Positions 11,883 through 22,135 of a stretch of DNA of 64,000 nucleotides are shown here, piece after piece (the first letter of the stretch is position 1; the number at the start of each line of letters is the position of its first letter). A model generated the notes under the pieces. The model made no database searches. It saw only the letters and a program-made list of their open reading frames with translations, and was not told the origin of the DNA. Made by a program: the position numbers and the translations under genes. The DNA comes from an uncultured Phycisphaerales bacterium (GTDB lineage: Bacteria; Planctomycetota; Phycisphaerae; Sedimentisphaerales; Anaerobacaceae), in assembly GCA_963772725.1 (NCBI GenBank), contig CAVYYI010000003.1, positions 352,001 to 416,000 on the forward strand. Direction: 5' to 3'.

Positions 11883-13274
11883 TTACTTACCTGGTGTTGG
11901 GGACTTTTGCGTTTCAAGATTAACATAAATGCCAATATCTTTGGGAATTTTTTCACCCGCAGTCAAATTCATCAATCCGCCATCATCCTCGCGGTCATCG
12001 CTGGTACTGTATATGGTATAGCCTTTCGGGTTTTGTTTGTACAGAAGAGGCTTACCGGTGAAAGGGTCGAGCGGAATAATATCTATGTACTTAGGCACAA
12101 GCTTATCAATAGAATCAGGCGGTTTGCCAAAGTCGATTTGATAGCGTTTTAGAGCAACAGCCAGCATAATACTTCGTACTATAGCGTGTGTTTCGGCATT
12201 TATGCGAATAAAAGCGGCACCAGTTGAAACAAATCTGTTCGATTTTTGCGGAGTTTGTGAGATATATCTCTGTGTCAGGTCGAGCGGCCCGGGCCAATCA
12301 CGTTGTGACGCTGTTATCAGTTCCGCGACATCTTTGAAATATTGTATGGATTTTTGTCTTATTCGGAACCTTGCCCATTGTGTGCCGGGCAGAAGCAGCC
12401 GTTCAGGCTGTTCGGGAACTACATTTTTCAAGAATTTATCGTAAACATCCTGCGGAACAAGGTTTGCCCCTATCTCTATCTGGCGTACCCGCTCGCACAA
12501 AAACATTTTGTGTAAAATATCCGGAGGCATTACTTCAGCGAGAGTTTTCTGAAGTTTTATTAACGAATTTTCCGAAAGTTTTGTCCGTTCGAGCAGGAGC
12601 CGCGTCTCTTCGCAAGCAATAATAGTAAATTCACGTTTTGCGGCAGTGATAAACATAGTCGGAGTCGAATCAAATATTCGAAGCATTTTTAACATACTTA
12701 CCAGCGAATTCGCGGCGTCGTCTCCTTTATTGTTTGAAATCTGGTCAAGTGTCCTCATTGACGAAACCCAAAATATGGTACTTATCTGTTCCAAAGCACC
12801 TTGAGATTTCTTCATTCCGCCATCGATACCGATGTTGAAATAAGCCAGTGGAAGAGATGCTGCCCTGTCCAGTTTGTCAAACACCGGCTGAAAAGCCGTC
12901 AGGATTTGAGAGATTTGTTTTCGCATATCCGCTGGAAACTGGTCAGGAGCCCCGGAAGCCAGACTATTCAAATAAAAAACGTTAATTTTCGCAAGGCCTG
13001 CGATGTCATTAGTGCTCACGTTTGATATCGCTCCAGCGTAGTAACTTTCCGCGGCGTTGCTTGCGTTCTTTGCGGTAATATTTGTCCACCAGTCTGAAAA
13101 AGTCAGCGGCTCGTTAGCTTCTTTTATCTTTACGATTTCAGAGCCTAACTTTTTACCCATGATATAACCGGCGGCCATAACACCGATGAGCATTATTATA
13201 GCGGCGCAAATCAGCCACAGAACTATGCGCCGCCACAGAGGCAGCGGCTGTTTTGTTTTTAATTCATTATTCAT
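11883..13274 (-). CDS. Membrane-anchored hypothetical protein with C-terminal GspG/pseudopilin-like motif
   Basis: One N-terminal TM; ALKRYQIDFGKPPDSIDKLVPKYIDIIPLDPFTGKPLLY...IYS...DDGG tail. Confidence 0.65.
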   Translation of the reverse strand: MNNELKTKQPLPLWRRIVLWLICAAIIMLIGVMAAGYIMGKKLGSEIVKIKEANEPLTFSDWWTNITAKNASNAAESYYAGAISNVSTNDIAGLAKINVFYLNSLASGAPDQFPADMRKQISQILTAFQPVFDKLDRAASLPLAYFNIGIDGGMKKSQGALEQISTIFWVSSMRTLDQISNNKGDDAANSLVSMLKMLRIFDSTPTMFITAAKREFTIIACEETRLLLERTKLSENSLIKLQKTLAEVMPPDILHKMFLCERVRQIEIGANLVPQDVYDKFLKNVVPEQPERLLLPGTQWARFRIRQKSIQYFKDVAELITASQRDWPGPLDLTQRYISQTPQKSNRFVSTGAAFIRINAETHAIVRSIMLAVALKRYQIDFGKPPDSIDKLVPKYIDIIPLDPFTGKPLLYKQNPKGYTIYSTSDDREDDGGLMNLTAGEKIPKDIGIYVNLETQKSPTPGK

Positions 13275-14568
13275 ATTTGATATTGAGTTCCTTTACTGCC
13301 TGTGATTTTATCAATTTTCCGACATCAATTACAGAAGATTTACCGCTGAAACCGGCTGAAAATTCTTTATTTTTTATCAGTACAAATGCGTCTTCATAGG
13401 TGTGCTTTCCAGTAAATACGCCTCTGCCGCTAAGCTCCTTGGCTGTTATCGCACCTTTTAAGTTAAAACCTTTTTCGGCTATGAGTATTAAATCCGGCGC
13501 GTTTTCAAGATAAGGCCCCGAATAAACATCCTGCTTTCTGAAGATATATCTTATGACTTTTTTGCCGTCTATCTGCAGAGAGGCAAAAATGTTTTCGAGC
13601 TGCTTGACCAATGTTTCAACATCTTGTCGCTCTACATCGCCTTGCGGGTATTTATTTTTTCGGTTTATGTAGATTCGCCCCGGGTCCATCGCAAACGCTT
13701 TTGTCCCGCGGTCGATATTGAGCTGTGCCGGCGGGGTAAATTTACTTAGCTTCAGCAGACCTTTATCGGCAAGAAGGTAATTTATATAGACCTCTTTGTC
13801 GAGTCTTTCAAAACCATGGTCGGACAACAAAATCAGGAAATCATCACCGGTCAGTCTCGAATAGATTTCGCCGATTACCTCATCGACTTTTTTGAAGTGG
13901 TCAAGGAAGAATTTGTGATATTTGTGGCTTGCGTCTTCGTATGCATTCCAGAGGAAATGCATCAGCCTGTCTGTCTCAGTAAAAACAAACATAAAATTCT
14001 GCCATTCCTGATTTTCCCAGAGATACCTGTACGCCTGTATTCGCGAGTCGAGCGTTTTTTCCACGTCACGCAAAAACATATCCATCGACTTATGCGCCTG
14101 CTGAGAATCGACATCAAGATGATAGTTAATGCTTTGCAGTTCAGGTATTAAGGACTGCGGGTAAATACTTCTTTCAAAATCTATGGAGACAAACCCTGAA
14201 ATATGAACTCCATTCATTTGTCTGACCGGATAAGTTGATGGAACATTTATTATTATAGATTTATTTTTAGCGCTCTCCCAGAATGGCAGGGCTTTGAGGT
14301 CGTCATAGCTTGGAAATCGCATTTTGTATGAGCCTGGCTGCAAATCGACAAATCCGAAAATTCCGTGTTCAGCGGGATTAACGCCCGTAATTATTGAAGA
14401 CCACGCGACGCATGATATTTCGGGAATAGCCGAGCGAATAGGTGAAAAAAAACCCTCTTTGATTATTCTGCTGGTGTGCGGCATAACGCCGCTTTCGGTA
14501 AAATCCTTCAACATTGAAAACGGGACGCCATCCAGGCCTATTATCACGGTTTTTGCGGTTTTGGTCAT
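13267..14568 (-). CDS. Alkaline phosphatase superfamily protein (nucleotide pyrophosphatase/phosphodiesterase type)
   Basis: VIIGLDG, SAIPEISCVAWSSIITGVNPAEHGIFGF, TDRLMH, LSDHGF, TGKH. Confidence 0.88.
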   Translation of the reverse strand: MTKTAKTVIIGLDGVPFSMLKDFTESGVMPHTSRIIKEGFFSPIRSAIPEISCVAWSSIITGVNPAEHGIFGFVDLQPGSYKMRFPSYDDLKALPFWESAKNKSIIINVPSTYPVRQMNGVHISGFVSIDFERSIYPQSLIPELQSINYHLDVDSQQAHKSMDMFLRDVEKTLDSRIQAYRYLWENQEWQNFMFVFTETDRLMHFLWNAYEDASHKYHKFFLDHFKKVDEVIGEIYSRLTGDDFLILLSDHGFERLDKEVYINYLLADKGLLKLSKFTPPAQLNIDRGTKAFAMDPGRIYINRKNKYPQGDVERQDVETLVKQLENIFASLQIDGKKVIRYIFRKQDVYSGPYLENAPDLILIAEKGFNLKGAITAKELSGRGVFTGKHTYEDAFVLIKNKEFSAGFSGKSSVIDVGKLIKSQAVKELNIKYE

Positions 14569-14569
14569 A

Positions 14570-15806
14570 TCATTTCATCAAAGTAATTATTCCACCAGCG
14601 CAGATGTTATCCCCCTGAACAAGAACAAAGCGTCCCAGTTCCTCAACGTCATTGAAATTTTTTACACACACCGGCTTTTTGGTTTTGATAATGACTTGTC
14701 CAACCTCGAGATTTTTTATTACGTCAGCGTTTTCTTCTATAATTTCGAGCGTCGAGGAATTGATTCTTTTATTAATGCTTTCTATTTTACAGCTTGATTC
14801 CTGAGTTGCGCATCTGAAGGTAAGTTTCTGTTCCCTGTTAAAATCCTGCCGGGTCATCCAGAACATATTTGCCGAAACTCTGTCGGTCAAAACCGGTTCA
14901 CTGCCTTCAAGGCAGATGACGTTGCCGCGGTCGAGAAAGACCGAATCAGTCGTTGTGACGCCGATACATTCACCGGCGACGGCTTTATCTGTTGTCGCGG
15001 GAAATTTTTCTATCGACTTAACGGTTGTTATCTGTCCGCCTGGCAGGATTTTTATTCTCATCCCTTTTTGAATGACGCCTGATTCCACCCTGCCGGCGTT
15101 TATTCTTTTGTCATCAATCTTGTAGATGTCCTGAATCGGAAAAATCAAAGGCTTGTCTCTGGGTGACAGTTTATTTTTTAAGGTATCGAGACTCTCCAGG
15201 AACGTCGGACCGCTGTACCATTTCATATTTTCAGATTTGCGCGATATTTTCACCAAGCATAGCAGCAATCGGGATATAAAATAACGGCTCGGTATTTATC
15301 GATTTCAAAAACTGCCGGACATCATTTTTGACCGCTTCAAACCGCTCCTGTGAGAAGCCCACGAGGTCCATTTTATTAAGAACCACAACGACCTGCTTAA
15401 GCCCGAGCAGCGAAAGCATATATGAATGACGTTTTGTCTGTTCTTTGACGCCTTCGACAACATCGACAATAAGCACAGCCGCTTCGGCCTGGCTTGCGCC
15501 GGTAATCATATTCTTAACAAACTCCACGTGCCCCGGTGCATCGATAATCACATAACGCCTTGTCTGCGTTTTGAAGAAAACCTGCGTTGTGTCAATGGTG
15601 ATTCCCTGTTTGCGTTCCTCTTCGAGATGGTTGAGCAAATAGGCAAACTCGGTTTGTTTGCCCTGGCCGCTCGAAACTTTTTCCATCTCCACTATTTTGT
15701 CCGGCGGCAGCGAGTTAGTGTCGTAAAGCAGCCTTCCAATCAAGGTCGATTTCCCATGGTCAACATGGCCTACTATAACAAAACTTAAAGTCATCTCCTG
15801 CATCAT
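14570..15806 (-). CDS. cysN: Sulfate adenylyltransferase large subunit (GTPase), frameshift near 15240; no APS kinase domain
   Basis: [31 protein letters not shown]-terminal part PIQDIYK...GRFVL; in operon with cysD. Confidence 0.88.
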
Positions 15807-15819
15807 CTTTATATCCCGT

Positions 15820-16662
15820 TCAATTGAATAGTTTTACAAGGGTTGTAATTCCCAGGGCTATCGTAAGAAAAGCAATTGCCAAATTCAGTTTTTTCGCTGT
15901 CATCGCTTTTACACTTTTAGCAGCCAGCGGAACAGAAAAAACAGCTCCAAGAGTAATCCAGAAAGTCAGCATCCAGTGGCAGGGATTTTTCGCGACAAAC
16001 ATATACATCAGCACGCCGACAAGGCAGGTCAATCCTTCGGCCAGTGATGTTATTCCTATTGCGCTTTTACCTTCGACTCCTGACAAAATCTGTCCGCTTG
16101 TAACCAAAGGGCCATAACCGCCGCCGCTCATCCCTTTATTAAAGGAGGCCACGACGCCGAGCATTATGATTTTTTTCCACGAAAATCTGAACTGTTTATT
16201 GATACATACCAGTATGATTATTCCCATCGAGAGAACCAGGCAGCCGATATAAATTCCGAGCCAGAATTTCGGTATATTTACTGCCACAAAAACGGCGATT
16301 ACTGTTCCAACTATGCTGCAGACCGCCAGAAGTATGGCAACCTTTAGATGGGGCGGGGTACCCTGCTTAAAACTCTCAATATAGCCGAGAGATTTCAGCC
16401 TGCTGATAATAACTGATACGTTAGTTGTATGCGGCTTCAGGTTGACGTTTCCTTCACGGTGATGAAAAAATGCCGCCAGTAATCCTGTAATCAGTTCGGA
16501 AAACAAAACGGCGGGAACAATCTGCATAGGATTGAATCCAAATAACATTAAGACCGGCGTCAGCGTCGTACCATAACCCATACCCAGCGTGGAATCCATA
16601 TACTCGCACAAAAATGCGGTTATAATTATCGCGATGATGACCCAGATTGATAGTGTTATCAT
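15820..16662 (-). CDS. TauE/SafE family sulfite/anion exporter
   Basis: DSTLGMGYG and GMSGGGYGP glycine motifs, about 8 TM helices. Confidence 0.85.
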   Translation of the reverse strand: MITLSIWVIIAIIITAFLCEYMDSTLGMGYGTTLTPVLMLFGFNPMQIVPAVLFSELITGLLAAFFHHREGNVNLKPHTTNVSVIISRLKSLGYIESFKQGTPPHLKVAILLAVCSIVGTVIAVFVAVNIPKFWLGIYIGCLVLSMGIIILVCINKQFRFSWKKIIMLGVVASFNKGMSGGGYGPLVTSGQILSGVEGKSAIGITSLAEGLTCLVGVLMYMFVAKNPCHWMLTFWITLGAVFSVPLAAKSVKAMTAKKLNLAIAFLTIALGITTLVKLFN

Positions 16663-16686
16663 TTCTACTGTCTGATTAACAATTCG

Positions 16687-17498
16687 CTACATGTAACCAA
16701 GAGAACGCAGTTTCTGCATCATATAGTCGTCTTCCTTGTCCTGAGCACGGCCGCTTCTCTCAGAAACCAGCGAGCTTTTTAATTCTTCGACAATCTTATC
16801 TATGGTATCGGCATTTGAGTCCACAGGTGAACAGCATGTTTCGCAGCCGATACTGCGGAAACGTTTGCCGTTTTTAGCGAAATACAGGTCGGTAATCGGA
16901 ATATCTTCGCGCTTTATATACTCCCAGATATCCAACTCTCGCCAGCCAAGCAGAGGATGAACGCGGATATGCTCCTCCTGCGCAGCTTTTGTCTTATACT
17001 GGTCCCACAGTTCCGGCGGCTGATTCTTATAGTCCCATTCGAAATCCTCGTCTCTTGGACTAAAAACCCTTTCCTTGCGCGAATGCCGTGTTCGTCCCTT
17101 CTGATGCCGAGATATAACGCCTTAAAACCATATTTGGCGATGGCTTGTTTCAACGCAACAGTTTTAAGCTCATTACAGCAATCGAATTTTCCTTTGTCGG
17201 GTCCTACGCCTCTGTTCAATGCTTCTTCATTCCTGGCGACAATGAGATTCAGCCCCCATTCCCTGGCATATTTTTCTCTGAACTGATAAATCTCCTTAAA
17301 CTTATAAGAGGTGTCTATGTGAAGAACAGGAAACGGAATCCTGCCGAAAAAGGCCTTTCTTATCAGCCAGAGCATGGTTGTGGAATCCTTGCCTATCGAC
17401 CAGAGCATCGCGACGTTGCGGAACTGGCTGTAAGCCTCCCTGATAATGAAAATGCTTTGGTTTTCCAGTTTGTCTAAATGATTTATTTCAGAACTCAT
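16687..17498 (-). CDS. cysD: Sulfate adenylyltransferase small subunit, frameshift near 17078
   Basis: LENQSIFIIREA, WSIGKDS PP-loop, HIDTSYKF, GIRRDE; reading resumes KERVFSPRD...QPPELW...RVHPLLGW...FRSIGC...SERSGRAQD. Confidence 0.9.
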
Positions 17499-17624
17499 TC
17501 TTGCATCTGCTCCAAAATGAACAGGTTATATAAAAAAGCATTATACTAAAATCAGAAACGAAAGTCTAACAGTAAAATAGATTTGCGGAAGTGTGGGCGG
17601 AACTCGTGATTAATGCGTAAATAA

Positions 17625-18110
17625 TTAATAATCTGCAAATGGTACGCCCTTTGAATCTTTTCCCGGCCAGTCAATCTTGAAGTCTCTGGTTGTCGGATTA
17701 TAAATCCAGCCACCTTCGCCGGTCGCAACAGGTGTTATCGTGTCGGAAACTACATTTATCGATTTGAGCTTGTTAAAAGGATTTTCCGGCAGATTGTTTA
17801 TATATTTCCCATCTCTGATTAACTGAGCCCAGAATACCGTAAAGCCTGGAGATTTGGATGTATCATTACGCAGATAACCCGGAGGAACACCCCCATTTTT
17901 GCCTGTGTACACCTCTATTATGTTCCGCATTATCCTAAGCGTGTCCTTTGCGGAGGTTTCTTTGGCTTCTGTTATGTGATTTTTAATGACAGGGAGGATT
18001 ATCGCAGCAGCAATGCCGAGAATTGCGACAACTATCATAATTTCAATAAATGTAAAAGCTTTTTTCATAGTACTATAGCACTTCGGTCTCTTCATCAAAC
18101 CATCCGCCAT
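17625..18110 (-). CDS. Type II secretion/type IV pilin-like protein (GspG-like)
   Basis: KKAFTFIEIMIVVAILGIAAAIILP prepilin motif; LPENPF; start may be 18068. Confidence 0.85.
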   Translation of the reverse strand: MADGLMKRPKCYSTMKKAFTFIEIMIVVAILGIAAAIILPVIKNHITEAKETSAKDTLRIMRNIIEVYTGKNGGVPPGYLRNDTSKSPGFTVFWAQLIRDGKYINNLPENPFNKLKSINVVSDTITPVATGEGGWIYNPTTRDFKIDWPGKDSKGVPFADY

Positions 18111-18245
18111 TTGATTACATCGTCAGTTTTATTGGGTAATTTTAATGAAAATACATACATTGGATTCTCAGTTGTCCCGCCAGAGTTATCTATAATGACT
18201 AAAAGGCTATTATAGGACTTAGCCGTCAGCTAATAAAACTTTTAC

Positions 18246-18274
18246 TTGAAAAAACGACCGTTTTATGGTATCTT
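18246..18274 (+). promoter_or_regulatory. Sigma70-like promoter upstream of subtilase gene
   Basis: TTGAAA-17 nt-TATCTT with extended -10 TG. Confidence 0.4.
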
Positions 18275-18353
18275 GATATTAGCCTTTTAGCAGCAGGGAA
18301 TCGCAGGCTGAAGTACTCCCAGGGATTTGGGTGTTTTTTTCCTGTAAACGAGG

Positions 18354-20126
18354 ATGGTAATGGCGGCGTGGGTCGAAAATTTGTTTTATAAGGCTTTGCC
18401 AGCCTGTGCGGTGATGTTGTTTGCAGTTGTAACCACCTTTGCTGAATCGTCTGTGCCGCAAATTGCTGAACCGCAGCAGCCTGAATTGCTCAATTACGCG
18501 GGCATTGATGCATTGAAAAAACTCTCGCCGGAACTTACCGGCAGCGGTGTGAAAATAGCTGTTGTGTGCCGAAGTAATACATACCAGGACGGCCTACCGC
18601 AGAACGATTACTTTCCGAACATTTCACACAATTGTTTCGCGAACAGGCAGTTCAATATTTACGATAATGGCAAACTGCAGGGTGGCGTTTCGGGTCATTC
18701 GACTGCGATTTGCTCAATTCTGTTCGGCGAAGACCCCAACGCTTTTAACCCCCAACTCGGGCATTTCAATTATCTCGGCATAGTACCTCAGGCTGCGGGG
18801 GATGTTTATGAGTTCTGGTATTTTTTGACTGATAAGGTGTTGACACATCAACCGCCGGAGGCTGATATTTTAACGGCAAGTTTCGGCAGTCAGTTTGAAG
18901 ACTGGTGGACGCGAGGCATTGATTCAATGGCTGAGAATCGCGGCCTGATAGTTATCGCGAGCATCGGCAATGGTACAAACGCGTATGACCCGCCGCTATA
19001 TCCCGGCGCCGGCGCCAACGCTATTGCCGTTGGTATTGTTAATTCCGTGGATACGAACGAAGTTAATACTTCTTTGTCGAATTTTTCTCTTGCTTATCCT
19101 GAGCATTCGAGCTGCGGGCCAACAAGCGATGGACGCTGCAAGCCGGACATCGTAACAGCGGGCAACTGTCTTGTCGCCGATGAGAATGAGCCGAACGGAT
19201 ATAAACCTGCCGGAAACTGGTCGAGTTTTTCCACACCGATTGTGACTGGGGTAACGGCGCTTCTGGTGCAGGCTGCTAAGCAGGACCCGAATCTGAGTAT
19301 GGCGGTTTCCAAAAACGGCGGCAACAGCGTGATGAAAGCCATTATACTTAATTCAGCGATAAAACTGCCTTATTGGCACAAGGGCCTGCCCGGAAAGGAT
19401 GATGACCATACGGCGCCTTTGGATTATCTGCAGGGGGCCGGGGTGTTAAATGCCGTCGGCGCTTATGAGCAGCTTACGGCAATGCAGCATGCCCCTGGTG
19501 AAATCGCAGCGGCGGGATGGGACAATAATGTCCTCGACGGAGATAATACTCCAGCAAACACATATAAAATAGATATTGGCGAACCTTCGTGCAGAATTAT
19601 CACCGCTACCATCGCATGGAACCGGCACTATGATAATGAATATCCGTTTGATGCAATGCCGGAAAAAGACGCTAACCTCAGACTGGAACTGTGGGCGGTT
19701 GACCCCTGCGAGGCGGGAAGGAATTATCTGCTCGATTACAGCGACAGTAATGTGGATAATGTCGAACATATTTATACTCAGGCGGACGCGAATTTCACTA
19801 ATTATGAGCTGGTAGTAACTTACGGCATAGCGGAGGCGAACCTCGCTTGGACGGCACAGCGGTACGGCGCGGCGTGGAACATCAGCGGGTTACCAGCCAG
19901 TGCCGAGGAGACCTCACTGGATTCGGATATTCGCTGGTATGACCTCAACGGCGACGGAGTTGTGGATAAATATGATTTTGATATTTTGTTCATGAATATG
20001 CTGACCAGTATGGAGTCGCCGGGAAGTTATTTGCTGGGCGATCTCAACAGTGACGGAAAAATCAATTTTGACGACATCAATATTTTAATTGGCCACATCA
20101 ATCTCAAGGCTGACTGGAAAGAGTAA
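18354..20126 (+). CDS. Secreted S8 subtilase-family protein with C-terminal dockerin-like domain
   Basis: SGHSTAI, ASIGN, SSCGPTSDGRCKPDIVTAG, WSSFSTPIVTG; DLNGDGVVDKYD...GDLNSDGKINFDD. Confidence 0.85.
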   Translation: MVMAAWVENLFYKALPACAVMLFAVVTTFAESSVPQIAEPQQPELLNYAGIDALKKLSPELTGSGVKIAVVCRSNTYQDGLPQNDYFPNISHNCFANRQFNIYDNGKLQGGVSGHSTAICSILFGEDPNAFNPQLGHFNYLGIVPQAAGDVYEFWYFLTDKVLTHQPPEADILTASFGSQFEDWWTRGIDSMAENRGLIVIASIGNGTNAYDPPLYPGAGANAIAVGIVNSVDTNEVNTSLSNFSLAYPEHSSCGPTSDGRCKPDIVTAGNCLVADENEPNGYKPAGNWSSFSTPIVTGVTALLVQAAKQDPNLSMAVSKNGGNSVMKAIILNSAIKLPYWHKGLPGKDDDHTAPLDYLQGAGVLNAVGAYEQLTAMQHAPGEIAAAGWDNNVLDGDNTPANTYKIDIGEPSCRIITATIAWNRHYDNEYPFDAMPEKDANLRLELWAVDPCEAGRNYLLDYSDSNVDNVEHIYTQADANFTNYELVVTYGIAEANLAWTAQRYGAAWNISGLPASAEETSLDSDIRWYDLNGDGVVDKYDFDILFMNMLTSMESPGSYLLGDLNSDGKINFDDINILIGHINLKADWKE

Positions 20127-20225
20127 GCTCAAATAAAAATTAAAAACTGCGGAATTATTCTTTCGTCTGGATGTTATTTTATGACGTTTATATTTTACAA
20201 AACCAATCGTCTTACTGCATACAGC

Positions 20226-20258
20226 AAAAAGACCAGCAAACACAATTGATTGCTGGTC
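20226..20258 (-). terminator. Intrinsic terminator after tRNA-Asp
   Basis: GACCAGCAA...TTGCTGGTC stem followed by TTTTT on - strand. Confidence 0.65.
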
Positions 20259-20272
20259 AATGACTTACGTAA

Positions 20273-20346
20273 CGAGGCCGAAGGGGTTCGAACCCTCAAC
20301 CTTCGGATCGACAGTCCGATGCTCTAGCCAATTGAGCTACGGCCCC
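20273..20346 (-). tRNA. tRNA-Asp(GTC)
   Basis: GGGGCCGTAGCTCAATTGGCTAGAGC-ATCGGA-CTGTCGA-TCCGA...GGTTCGAACCC...CGGCCTCG; no encoded CCA. Confidence 0.96.
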
Positions 20347-20440
20347 GTAACTTCCAGAGAACAGCTTTATAGCATAGACCCCACTGTGCTGTCAACAATT
20401 TTATCTGTTAAAAATCTGCCAAAATGATATAAATATAGCT

Positions 20441-21157
20441 ATGAGATTTCAATTTATAGTTTGTAAGGTGATGCAGAAAGAGGCGTATCTGTGCGCCGCG
20501 AGGTCGAAGAACGCCGTCGATGTGGTCTTGATGCCTCAGGGTCTGCACAATGAGCCGGAAAAACTTCGTAACGAGGTGCAGAAAGCACTGGAGCGGACTG
20601 CCGATTTACAGGGGCAACCTTATGACGCCTCACTGCTTGGTTATGGCTTATGCAGTAATGGCATTGTTGGTCTTACCGCCCAAATCCCCATTGTTGTTCC
20701 TCGCGGTCACGACTGTATTACGCTTCTGCTCGGCTCGAAAGACACATATCAGAAGTATTTCGATTCACATAAAGGCGTTTACTGGTACAGCCCGGGCTGG
20801 ATAGAAACCGACACGATGCCGGGTAAAGAGCGTTATGAAAAGACAATGCAGGAATACCTTCGCAAATACGGCCACGAAAACGCGCAATATCTTATGGAAA
20901 CCGAGCAGGGCTGGATGAAACAATACAATTGGGCAACTTATATTGACTGGGAATTGGCCAATTCCGAAAAAGACAAGGAATTCACGAAAAAATGCGCAGA
21001 ATATCTCGGCTGGAGCTACGATGAACTCAAGGCCGACGCGAGTTTAATGCAGAGACTTGTTGACGGACTCTGGGACAATAACGAATTTCTCGTTGTTACG
21101 CCTGGGCAAAAAATCAAAGAAGACCTTACAAATCAGGGAATTATAAAAGCTGAGTAA
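20441..21157 (+). CDS. DUF1638 domain-containing protein
   Basis: IVCKVM, QGLHNEP, LGYGLCSNG, HDCITLLLGS, YWYSPGW. Confidence 0.85.
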   Translation: MRFQFIVCKVMQKEAYLCAARSKNAVDVVLMPQGLHNEPEKLRNEVQKALERTADLQGQPYDASLLGYGLCSNGIVGLTAQIPIVVPRGHDCITLLLGSKDTYQKYFDSHKGVYWYSPGWIETDTMPGKERYEKTMQEYLRKYGHENAQYLMETEQGWMKQYNWATYIDWELANSEKDKEFTKKCAEYLGWSYDELKADASLMQRLVDGLWDNNEFLVVTPGQKIKEDLTNQGIIKAE

Positions 21158-21159
21158 CA

Positions 21160-22107
21160 ATGACACCTTTTGAAAAAATAGCTCTCCTGATGCTAATAGC
21201 TCTGACGCTGCTGGCGACTTTGTACGCGGCGGAATTATTTTTGCTTTTTTCCTTTATTCTTAATAGAATCCAAAAGAAGGGAAAACCCAATAAGTTTCTG
21301 AGTAAACCCGCGATATTAGCGCATATTCTCACGGTTATTACATTAGTGTGTTTAATATATAGTTTTTTTGTTGAGCCGTATTGGGTCGAGATTCACAATG
21401 TAAGAATTGAAACAAAAAAACTCAAAGCAGCCGGCCTGCGCGTTGTACAGATTTCGGATTTGCACTGTGATAAAAAAATAGTAAATGAAAAAAAACTCCC
21501 GCTGCTTATTAACCCCTTAAAGCCGGACATCATTGTTTTTACAGGCGATAGCCTCAATAGTCCAGAGGGATTGAATATCTTCAAAGATACGCTGAAAAGC
21601 CTCAAGGCGACAATAGGTAAATTTGCCGTCAGGGGCAATTTCGACGCGATGCAGTGGAACCACCTGGATTTGTTCAGCGGAACCGGCTTTGAATTGCTCG
21701 ACGATAAAAGTGTCTTGCTGCGAAAAAACGGCGAATCCTTCCGGATATCCGGCCTGGGCGCAAAACAAGATTCAATACCTCAAACTTTGTTAAAAGATAT
21801 TCCATCTGATTGTTACAGCATATTTCTGTATCATCTTCCGGATTTAGCGGAAAGTCTGGCAGGTACAAATATCGACCTGTATCTCGCCGGTCATACGCAC
21901 GGGGGACAGATTAACCTGCCGTTTTACGGAGCAATTATCACATTTTCAAAATTAGGTAAAAAATATGAGTCAGGTTTATATAAAATAGGCGATAAGATTC
22001 TTTACGTTAATCGCGGACTTGGACTCGAGGCGGGCTTTGCGCCGAAGGCGAGATTTCTGGCAAGGCCCGAGATAACCGTCTTTGACATTGAGCCTGAAAA
22101 AAAGTAA
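21160..22107 (+). CDS. Metallophosphoesterase (YkuE/YaeI-like)
   Basis: SDLH, FTGD, RGNFD, YHLPD, AGHTHGGQ; N-terminal TMs. Confidence 0.9.
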   Translation: MTPFEKIALLMLIALTLLATLYAAELFLLFSFILNRIQKKGKPNKFLSKPAILAHILTVITLVCLIYSFFVEPYWVEIHNVRIETKKLKAAGLRVVQISDLHCDKKIVNEKKLPLLINPLKPDIIVFTGDSLNSPEGLNIFKDTLKSLKATIGKFAVRGNFDAMQWNHLDLFSGTGFELLDDKSVLLRKNGESFRISGLGAKQDSIPQTLLKDIPSDCYSIFLYHLPDLAESLAGTNIDLYLAGHTHGGQINLPFYGAIITFSKLGKKYESGLYKIGDKILYVNRGLGLEAGFAPKARFLARPEITVFDIEPEKK

Positions 22108-22135
22108 AAGCAAATAACCTTAAGGAAAGTACATA

